Assembly (NCBI RefSeq): GCF_018977255.1
Contig: NW_024704743.1
Coordinates: forward strand, 9,426,001 to 9,490,000
Source: Callorhinchus milii
Taxonomy: Eukaryota
Direction: 5' to 3'
DNA length: 64,000 nucleotides
Under the pieces are notes generated by a model. The model saw nothing but the letters and a program-made list of their open reading frames with translations. It searched no databases and was not told where the DNA came from. The stretch's first letter is position 1. Each line of letters begins with the position of its first letter. This document shows positions 12,492 through 23,060 of this stretch, piece by piece. A program made the translations under genes and the position numbers.

Positions 12492-15246
12492 CGACGACAA
12501 AAAAATGCACCTGGAAAACTGGTTCCTGACAGGTGTTCTGGTGCGTGTGGTGAATGGTGGGGGGGGGGGAGAAAGAAACCATGTGAAGAATATCACATGT
12601 GTGGTTTCAGTGATAGTGTATTATTGAAAAAAATATTTATGTTCCAATAATACACTGTGGCTGAAACCAAGCACGTAATATGTTTACACCGTTAAATTTC
12701 ACAACACTTTTTTTGAAAAAAACATTTGGATGACTTTGTTTATCCCAATTCTGTCCTCTCTCCAATCCCGTTCTTCCAAAACACCAACATTCCGAGACAC
12801 TATTCTGTACTTTGCGTGAGGAGCGCGCTGTATAAATGTAAGTTGTTGTTGCTCCTGTTCTCTCCCCTTACGCCAACACCCAGCACCTCCCTCCCAACTC
12901 TCCTCCTTGTTCTGCTCCGTTTCTGCAAAGCTCATCCAAGACTCGATTGTTTCCACTTCAGAGCATTGATTGACATCCACTTGGCATTTGTCCACAGTGA
13001 CTGAAGTGAGCAACTGGTCATTTGGGAAGCCATGGGTAAGAGCCTGTAACTTGCTATTCAGTGACATTACCACACAATTTACAGATGTAACATTTCATTC
13101 AAAAGCATCCAAATACATCTCTGGGTGGGGGGAGAGAGAGAGCGAAACAGCCAAAAGGAATCAAATTGTTTTGGTTGCCTAGTAACAAACGTGGAGGATG
13201 AGGAAGAACACTTCTCTCGTTCTCTCTCCCCCAACACAACAGTGACCTCTGCTGGTCCAACTCCCTAAGTACACCAACCAACCAATTTACACACGCAACC
13301 TTTGTTGAATATTTTCATGTCCTGGTTCAGAGCTTACTTTGGAACAACCTCAAGTACAACCTGCTGATGCTTGTCTCAATCCAACTGTGAAATACATCTC
13401 ACTGGCTCTTTGCAGATTGACAAACGACAAGCAGCAATTTGCATTTATTTAGGACCCTTCTATGTAGGGCAATGCCTTGGAGTGCTTTACAATGATGGGA
13501 TTGGACCTAGGGTAGAATAAGTAGGGGGGAATGAAGGGGTAAAGGGGAGGTGACCATACATGCCTTGGTCCCACTGGTAAAACTGACCAAGTCTCACCAG
13601 TCCCTCCTTGTCCTTCTGAAAGGTTTGGGAGTCACCAAGCATGTGATAAGACTTGCAAATCCACCTTATGAAGGGTGATTGGGGAAGAGAGAAGACAGAG
13701 TACTTAGTACTTAGTACACCCAATTCATTTTGCAGTGTCTAAACTCGATTGTAAATTTAAATGTAAACACTTGCCTCATTCAGAAACAGTGCACTTTGAA
13801 ATGCTCACTTTGTTTAAAACAAATGTAAGAAAGGGTCTCCTCCCCCAAGAAGGCTTTCGTTCATCAAAAGTCTTCACAGACTACTGACGTTTAAATTTCT
13901 CAGAGGAGAATTCTTGCTCTTCTAAACTGAAAGCAATCACTCATTAAACAAAGAGAGCTCTTGATGTCTCGTTCTTCGTTCCCAAGCCTGAAGCAAGTTA
14001 ACAACCTAATTGGTTAGAATGGTTTGCTCAGCACAAATGGTGGAGGACAGACTTCAATGACTGGGAGCCTTCTTTCCTCCGTTGATTGATATGGTTTTCT
14101 GAAACAAGATTAGCTCTTTGCTTTTAATTTCCTCGCCCTTCCTGAGAATGCCGACTCGCATTAATATAATAATAATAATCCTTCCATTTGATATAGCGCT
14201 TTTCACGTCTTCTCGATGTCTCAAAGCGCTTCACAGAATAGACTGTAAAGTGAATTGACCGTATATATTTTGTGGGCGAAAGAACATTAAGAGCGCAAGT
14301 CTGCTGATCACCCTCTAGTGCTTTGTCGAAGTGACCATTGGTTGGGTTGAGCCCAGTCGGAAAGTTACAACATCACAGCCTGTCTGCGATCATCAACAAC
14401 AACAACTCCACACAGGGTAGCGTCTCCACACAGGAACGACCAGACACCTATGCACTGTTTTTCCCAGTTTGGGTCACAACCTGGAGTGAGAACCCAGGCT
14501 CGAGGGGTATCATCCATTTGTAGCACGGATTAAACCTTGTCTCATCTTTGATCAGTCAACTCAGCCGCACACCTAGGTCTTTCCACTTTTGTTTTCAGTT
14601 TGCTTCACACTACGCAAGATCAACACGACAATGCAATCTACTTTCACAGTGGATTTCCACCAGTCAGCAATAAGAACATTTGGTTTCTGAAAGGAGTCCC
14701 TAGCTGCCATTCCTTGCTGAGGAATCCTGTTAGAAATTGCCACGTCTTTGATCCTATTGTCGGTTATGCTAACACTTCAGCACTGGAGTACATCTGAATA
14801 CATGTAAATCAGTCACACGGCCAAAAGCCAGTGAGAATTGGAATCTGACAGCTCCTTTCCAAAGTGTCAAAAAATTCAAAGCAACTGTACTTGTAAAGCA
14901 AAATCACCCAGAATGCTGAAAGTTCACTATGTCTCCTTTTCCAGTTATATTAATGTATATTTTCACCAAAGGAAACGTGGGACTGGGTGAAAAGAGACAG
15001 AGATGCACAGAGGAGAGGGAGAGAAAAAGAATTTCAAAACAAGTGATAATCATCACATCATAATACTGTATTTTGCAATTCCTAACTATGTGATCATCAT
15101 CTCTGGGAGCTTTTCATCTTCATCATCATCAGTGAGAAGCTTGGTAGACAGTGTTTTCAGTATGTGGTTTGGGCTGGCTAAACTCCAACAATCCAACAAC
15201 ACCCCAATGCACACTCTGGGGTCCCCAAGCCTTGATTCTTGCCAAT

Positions 15247-15545
15247 CTGTAGCTCAGTAGCTTTGCAAGTGAGAGACCTGGGTTCGATTCCCGGCAGGGT
15301 GAAACCTTCGGCAAGATTCCTAACTCCACATGCCTGACAGTAATCCCTCAAAAAAATCAATAATAAATTGGTCATTTCAATCCACCACTATTTGTGGGAC
15401 ACTTGTGCGCAATTGGCTGCCGCATTTCACCCACAAATATACAGTCTTTACAGTGAATACAGCTTCTGTGAAGCGCTTTGAGACGTCTGAAAACGTGAAA
15501 AGCCCTATATCAAATTCAAGGATTGTTATTATTATTATTATTATA
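15247..15545 (+). mobile_element. tRNA-derived SINE family A (short variant)
   Basis: ctgtagctcagtagctttgcaagtgagagacctgggttcgattcc head; shared body and (TTA)n tail. Confidence 0.85.
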
Positions 15546-17930
15546 ACTTGCGCCTAATATGCTCTGGAATTTAGTAAGCAGAGTGAGTGGCATTCCATAG
15601 TGGACACAAGAAAATTTCCACGTGTAGGTGAATACGTGGAACTGATTCAGATGGTCTTATGCACAGTAATGGATTTTCACATGTTTCAGGCATCCGACTG
15701 ACCAAGTGAAATAACAATGATAATCTGGTTACATCTCTCGAGTTCATTCATACACTTGTCACCGAAAGCTATAGCCCAAAACTAACTTACTTTGCACCTC
15801 CAGAGTCAATGCAACCCGTTTTTAAAGTTGAACTGATGCCGAAAGCACCAAAATGATCAGGTTTTAGGGTTGTGGATTGAATTCAAGCTCTGGAGCGGAT
15901 AGGTTGGGGTTAGGACAGCTTCATATATCAAACAATAAATAAGTCGGGTTTGCCTTTAAATTATAATTTTTTAAAAACTCTTAAGCTGCAGGTTTCTCGT
16001 TCTGAATCGGTGTACAACTGTTGGAAATGTCAGCTCGCTTCAGTTGTATAAAAGGGGACTATTAGTACTGATGGATAAATTACGCAGCTTCATTCATGCG
16101 TAGCTGCCCGTGTGTGTGTGAATATGTCTGAGTGCGTGTTCCTTATTTATTCTATGATACATTCTTTAAACCCATCAAACTAAATGAAGCGATAAAGTAT
16201 ATGGAGAAGCACAGTCATGTATAGGCTGGGAGAAGCAGTCTGACTGAGAGCCCTTTAATCAGGCTGTCTCCTCTCAATGACTCCCGAATGTAACTAACAC
16301 CCACCCACCTTCACTTTCACCATCCTCCCCAAAAACAAAATGTCACTTTGCCAGTTTATGCGAAAATGCTTCTGAAGCTACTTTGCCTGCTGACTGCCTG
16401 CTGCAGTCTGGTTAGCTTAGCAGTGGATTCATCGCATTCTTCACCAGGTTCTATTCAATAACTTGTGAGTTGGCAGACTTGCTTATAAATTCTTTCAGGT
16501 TCACAAGATCAAGAGCGGTTCAGGTGAAGGCTATATGGTTTGTTGGATCTCATCCTTCCAGAACAAGATATAGATAAGCTGACAGGCTATGGTTAAACTG
16601 AATAATATGTATATATATATACATATATAATATTTAACAAAAAACAAAAGAACAAAGACCCCTTCTCAGAGCAGCAAGGTGAACAGACAGGTTAGATTTA
16701 TTTACTTTGCACAGAGTGGCGAACATGGGGAAGAGCCAACATAAAAAGGCAGAGGAGACAGACTGTGTCTGAAATTCCAACAGGGAATCACACACCTTTA
16801 TAAACAAAGAAATTGATTGAGGATACGAGATACAGAGTAGTGCACCATGATTGCGGGTTTTAAGCTTTGCAATCAGTGAGATAGACCATAATGGTCTTCT
16901 CTGATCCTGTCCAAATTGTGATACTTGTCACAGTTTTATGTTGGTTACTGCAATTTTTTAAATAAAAAAAGACATTTTTCGAAAGCTCATGTGGACCATT
17001 AACAGAACCATTTTCATTTGGTTCACAGGCAGTTGTAATAACAATAATCCATGCATTTGACGTCAGGAAGATGTTTCGAATCGCTTCACACTGTAAAATA
17101 GAATAGTGTCAAAATATATTTTGTTCATTGAAGGGAAACAACAGCTTATTTCTGCAGTGCTGATGATACACACAGCTTAATGTGCGGTTCATATTTTTCT
17201 CAAGGAAATTCCTAAAGGGTTGAACAGGAACCTACCCTACCCCAGTACCTCTCCCCCTACCCCAAGTTTGTAATGCCAACATCCATAACGCCCACTCTCA
17301 GATCGCAGCATTTGACTGCTGGTTAACAGTGGGCATGTTGTTTACTTTTCAGTATCTTGTTTAGCAAATAACTATGATCCCACAAGTCATATGAGTGACA
17401 CAGACTACTACTAATAATAATCCTTGAATTTGATATAGCATCCAAATCCCTGACACCTTCGAGACATCTCAAAGCACTTCCTTCACAGAATATACTGTAA
17501 GGTGAATTGACTGTATATTTTGTGGGTGAAATGATGGGACAACAACAACAACTTGCTCCCTTCACGTAGGGGCATCAGTATTGAGAACAATGTTGGGGGA
17601 AGGAAGAGAGAGAGAGATTTTGCTTCCCATATATCCAGGGTAATACATAATCATTATTGAGAAATTTCTAAATGTAAATTCTCCCATGATCACCAGGAAT
17701 TAGTCAGAACAGTTTGTTTAAGGACCAGTAAAGTCATTAAAATATTTTTTTTAGGATCCATTTTTGAATGCTCAGGGAGAAAATCAGGGTGACGGGGGAG
17801 GGTGCAAGAATGAAACAAAACTAAGGAAATTTAGTGAAAATCTTTCTCTGCCTCTCTTACTTTGCATTTCTCTCTCTCGCTACATCTCTAATATTGTGTC
17901 TAATTCCTATGTCTTTTTCTATCGATACAT

Positions 17931-18073
17931 CACTGGTGGCCAACCTGTGGCAAGTGGAGCAGCCAAGAAGCGACCACTCCAAACATTCAGTTTTCAGCTT
18001 TTTCTTGATTTGTGGCATAAATCAAGAAATATTATTTTGTTGGCCGACAATAGATAAAAGTTGGCCACCACTA
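17931..18073. mobile_element. hAT/Charlie-type MITE, copy 1
   Basis: TIR-like ends cactggtggccaacc / agttggccaccacta; internal hairpin tttcttgattt-gtggcat-aaatcaagaaa shared with 54332-54548. Confidence 0.6.
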
Positions 18074-18626
18074 CTCGACACTGTGCAAAAGTATTACAAA
18101 CTTATCTTCTCATGCCTTTGAAAAATATAATTCTGCATAAAGTTACGTGCACACATGAGGTTACTGCATGCATTCATATTGTTTCGCTGGTGATCGCACG
18201 CACTGCAACCTCTCTCATGCGCACAACTGAATTAACAAAATTTAGTGCACGTACATTCTTGGAAACTGGAGACCAAAAATAAATTTGTAACTAATAATCC
18301 ATACATTTTATCCGCATATATACTGCTTTTCAAGTCAGAAGGTGTCTCAAAGCGCTTCATGGGATATTATTCAACACTCTGAGACATTGCATGAGAGCGC
18401 TATATAAATGCAAGTTGCTGTTGTAGTAAAGTGCAGCGTCTGTATTCTGTAAGTAAACATTGCAGGCAATATACACAATGTCCCACAAACAGCCATGGAG
18501 TGAATGGCCAAGTGCTTAATTGTTCAGAAATCAAATTGTTGGAAATGTTCAACTTTCATGGGTACTTTTTGATTTTAAAAAACGATGAATGGTCCATAAG
18601 TTTGATTTCCTGCAACCAATATACTA

Positions 18627-18878
18627 TAAGGCATTTTGGAATGAAATCAGGTGGCAGATTTTCACCCATAGGGTATTAAAAATCTGGAACTCTCTCCCCA
18701 AAGCGTTGTGGATGCTGGATCCATTCAGGACTGAGGTGGATAGATATTTGTTAGGTCAGGGTATCAAGGGATATGGGGCAAGGGCAGGTAATTGGAGTTG
18801 AGGTACAGATCAGCCATGATATTATAGAATAGCAGAACAGGCTCGAGGGGCTGAATGGCTACGCCTGTTCTTATGTTG
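18627..18878 (+). mobile_element. CR1 LINE 3' end
   Basis: FTHRVLKIWNSLP motif (ORF 18589..18801) and 3' UTR ...ggctcgaggggctgaatggc...cctgttcttatgtt. Confidence 0.85.
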
Positions 18879-18897
18879 TTAAATCTGTCGGCCACTT

Positions 18898-19170
18898 ACA
18901 ATACAATATTACATTTGTATTGCACCTTTCACGTTGAGAGGACATCCCAAGATGCTAGACAGTCAGGCATTTGGACCCAAGCAGGGGTGGGGGGGGGTCT
19001 AGAGAGTTCGGATAAGCAAGGGTGGAGGGCAAGGAGGGTGGCCGAAGGCACGATTGAAGAGGAGGGTCTTGAGAAGTGCACTGAAGGAGGCAAGGGAGGA
19101 AGGAGGCGAAGGGAAGGTGGGATGGAGTTCCAGAGAGTAGGGGGAGAGAGGCTGAAGGCCCAAGCCGATG
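18898..19170 (-). mobile_element. L2 LINE 3' fragment
   Basis: AFSLSPPTLWNSIP in ORF 18929..19333; L2 tail. Confidence 0.8.
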
Positions 19171-19725
19171 GTGAGGCAGATCGTGTCTTAAAACTTGACT
19201 TCAAAAGCCTGCCGAGTTTTAAAACTTGAGATAAATGGCTGAGTTTTGCGATGAATAGCACAGTGAGGCTCACTTGAGAACAGATCAACCAGTATTGAAA
19301 CTTTAATTTACATAACAGCGATGATAGACCCATTTGGCAGACAGACCAGTGTGTTCCTGTTTACTTGCAATGGGTTATTCATGGAGACAACAGATGCCAT
19401 TTCAAATAGAGGTGTGAAGTTGCCTGGATTTCTGTTGAACCTAATGCCTTGTACACAAGATCAAAGGCATTTCGGATTCGGGCACTGAATCAAGCTATTG
19501 CTGACATCTGTCAAGAAATTAACTGTGGACCAAATATGGTTATTTGATCCATTAGCCAATACATTCTAATGGGTGGCCCAGACAAATGCTAATGTACTTT
19601 CTATGTAAGACAATAAGCGAAACAGTTGAAGTGGCAACATTATCATTACTCAATTCCAGCCAAGAGCAGCTCTCTGGAATTCAACCAAGAACACTTATTT
19701 AAAACAATTTTTTAAAAAAAAGATA

Positions 19726-19731
19726 TTTATT
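19726..19731 (-). terminator. Candidate poly(A) signal AATAAA of the PLAAT-like unit
   Basis: AATAAA on the minus strand about 10 nt after the TAG (19742-19744) of the frameshift-corrected frame, followed by a T-rich tract. Confidence 0.4.
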
Positions 19732-19741
19732 GCAGCTTTTT

Positions 19742-20216
19742 CTATGCATTGTTAAACAGCAAATGTTTATGCAACAACAATGCAGCATCTTGGAGCGTGA
19801 CAGGTGCTGACAGTTAGCTCCGGTTGCGCTGTACTCCACCTTCAGGCCCACCAGCTGCTCGGTGTTGCCCACAATGACCTCAGCGGCTTGCAGGAATCTC
19901 ACCCCATCCCGCTCGTTGTTGACCCGGAAATAATCCATTCCCCTCCAGCCACCTGCACCAGCGACTCCCGGCTTACCATTGCCCACATGGCACAAGCCAC
20001 CAAGTGAGCCAACCACACGTGCTCCTGAACCATGATGTGAACGACGTGACCAATACCCACATAGACGGCCCAGTGTTTGAATTTCCCACGGAAAATCTTA
20101 ATCAGGTCCCCGGGCTTCAACCTAATATAGTCAATGTCCAAGTCCGTGTGTCCTGTCTTCGTGCCTGATCCACAGCTAACCCCAGATCCATGGCTTGTGC
20201 TCACACTGCTCCCCAT
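19742..20216 (-). pseudogene. PLAAT/HRASLS-family (LRAT domain, permuted NlpC/P60) phospholipase A/acyltransferase-like, intronless, two frameshifts
   Basis: ORF 19899..20216 has [27 protein letters not shown] (H-box). ORF 19699..20016 has [10 protein letters not shown]...IVGNTEQLVGLKVEYSATGANCQH (NC motif). Frameshifts at ~19939-19943 (5 extra nt) and ~19802 (1 nt missing; restoring it gives H-x-VTL as in NCEHFVTL). Confidence 0.85.
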
Positions 20217-22689
20217 TCAGAGTCGATGCTGGGTCCTGGCGAATTGCTAGTAATAATTAAGAGTTAGGCTAACATTTGAAGTCAATAACTGTTAATGTAA
20301 TGAGGTGCAGCCATCTGATAATTTCCACTGTCTGCAGGTTATTTCATCATCTCACTCTCCACCCACATCCCACCCACCAGCAGCAACAACAACTTAGCAA
20401 ATCCAGCACCAGAAATTAAATCCCAAACTTGGTTGCAAATTGCAGTGAAAGTTTTACTTGGGAGGTACTGAAATCAAGGTTCATCATTAAAAGAATATTA
20501 AGGCAATAACCATCAAGTAGCAAGTTTCTATTTACAGCAAGTAGAAAATCAGCTAACTATATGCTTATGAGCATAAAAGGACCATTACACCAATGGTTCA
20601 GTGAAGAACCAATCACAGCTTTAATTATAGGAATCATTATTCCTGCGTGCACTTTTCCCCATACACAGTTCATTATTCCTGCTATTAAGAAGTTTGATTG
20701 CTATGTACGAATAAACTGCAGGGGAATTGGAAGAAACAAACCAGTTCAGAATCAATTTTAAAAGTTTTCCAGGCAATCTTTTTTCTCCTTCCAGTTTTTC
20801 ACCTGCTTTAGAAGTGGACGGTGTGCGAGTCCCAAGAGAGATGTGTAAGTGTATATTTTGAGGTGGATTGAGAGGGGGAGGAATCCTGGCAGTGAACTTG
20901 ATGGTCCTCAAAGGCCTTTTTGTTCCACATCCCTTCCCATCTATGTCTTTATCTATATCTCTGCTATCCCCAGCTCAGGTGCCCGGCCAGTTTTGAGCGC
21001 TTTGAGACATGCTTCCAACGTGAAAGATGTAACACAAATGTAAGTTGTATTGTACAAATTACATAATCACTACCCACAACAGTAAATCATGTGAACACTT
21101 TGAGACGTCCTCCTGCCATGAACGGCACTATATCAAATGCTTTTATTATTATTACTATGTATTTACACACAGGCTCCCACAAATTTCTCCACCGCTAAAA
21201 ATTCCTTCTCCGTGACCAAACCTCAATAAGTATACTTAATTCATGCATAATTATAATTAGTAAATAATCTTGGACAAATTGCTCCCATTTCATCTAAACT
21301 CATTCACTCCACAATCGACACCATATTATCTTGCAGTGGAAGCTCCATTTGTAATTACCTCATCAACATGAATGCACATGGTGTATAATGCGTCTCAGAA
21401 ATTAATATGTGGCTGGCAGAGACACAGTTATTCCAGAGCCACCATATTCCAGCATTAACATCGAAAATCGAAGGGTCTCAGGAGAAAAAGTTTCATTAGA
21501 TGAGACAAAAGAACCAAAGTGGCTGCGTGGGATTCTTTCGCTACTGTGTCAACAAACAACTTTTGGAATATTAGCCAGCTGTGGCTCAGAGTGCAACAAC
21601 CAGTCCCTCTGCCACCAAGTGTACCTACTAATGAAACCCCTGGGAGAGGAGGCACTGCACGTGCGTCAAAAGCTCTTGCATTTGAGTAAATTCACACAAC
21701 TCGTATTATGCATTTCCATAGAATAGAACAGGCAAATCACACAACATGGCAAATAGGAGTACAAGTGGGCAGGATTGTTAGCCGAAGAATCAGGAGAGAT
21801 TCCAAAATAATTCTTCACAAAGAGGGTTTTTAATGTTGTCGACGTTACTACTCCAAGCAGCTATTGAGGCTGATTAATAAAATAATAATTCTTGCATCTG
21901 ATTTGCAATTATTATTATTATGATGCACCAACATAAGGGTTCTCAGTATTTCCTCCAAATTGAATAATTCAAAATGGAACTGGATAAGCACTTGAGAAGT
22001 AAAAAAATTAAAGATATAAATAAAGATAAGCCTCACATTTAATATAGCGTCTTTCACATAAGGAGAACATCTCAAAGCCCTGTAAAGTGTTGTGGCTGTA
22101 CATTTGTGGGTGAAGCCTATGGGGAAAGAGCTAGAAAGTGGGATTAATAAAAAGGGTAACTTAAAAAAAAGGCAGTCGTGGCACATACATAATAGATAAA
22201 TGTTCCTCTCCTGGGCTGAGAAATGCAATCTTTCTATCTGATCAGAGAGTGAAGGGAGAGTTAAGACTGATTGTGCGTCAGCAACACATTGCCACATTTC
22301 ATTGACTTTTTAGCTCTGCGGGACACCTTTCACTGATTGAGACGTCTCGAAGACATGATAAGGCGCTATATCAAATGCAAGTATTATTATTATTACCCAC
22401 AAGCTGCACTGCCGGTAAGGCGATCACCTCTAAGCTGTTAATATTCATGACAGTCATGCGACCAGGAAACGATCCCGTACTTGTGAAGAGATCATGCTGT
22501 GCATAAAACAAATAGGCACGGAGTCTCGCAGATCACCAGCTGCACCGCTTCCAGCAAACGTTCCTCCTGCTTTATTTGAATAGGAAGAGAGAGAGATGTG
22601 TCCACTCTGAAGCGTACAAAGCCTTGGATTCAAACCAATTGTCAAACATAGGGCACTCGAATGTCATCCACAAATGCTCTGCTGCCATG

Positions 22690-23060
22690 TCGGTAGAGAT
22701 TGGGGTGGCTGAGATGGGGTGTAGCAAGACCATGGAGGGATTTAAAGGCAAGAAGGGCGATCTTGAATTTGCTTCTCTGGGGGAATAGGGAGCCAATGGA
22801 GCAGAGCAAGGATGGGGGTGATCGTCTCACTGAGCCTAGTATGAGAAGTGGATACAGGCTGCAGAGCTTATGTAGAGGAGTGCTAGAAAGTCTGGTGAGC
22901 AGAACGTTGGTGCAGTCAAGCCTGGATGTGATAAAAGTATAGATGAGGATCCCGGGCAGACCGAGGGGAGAGGTAGTGGTGGAGGCTGACAATGTTGCGC
23001 GGGTGGAGGAAAGCTGAGCTAGTCAGAGTATGAATTTGGGGTTTAAAGGGCAGTTTGGAG
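22690..23060 (-). mobile_element. L2 LINE internal ORF2 fragment
   Basis: ILIYTFITSRLDCTNVLL...FKIALLAFKSLHGLA in ORF 22642..22992. Confidence 0.8.
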
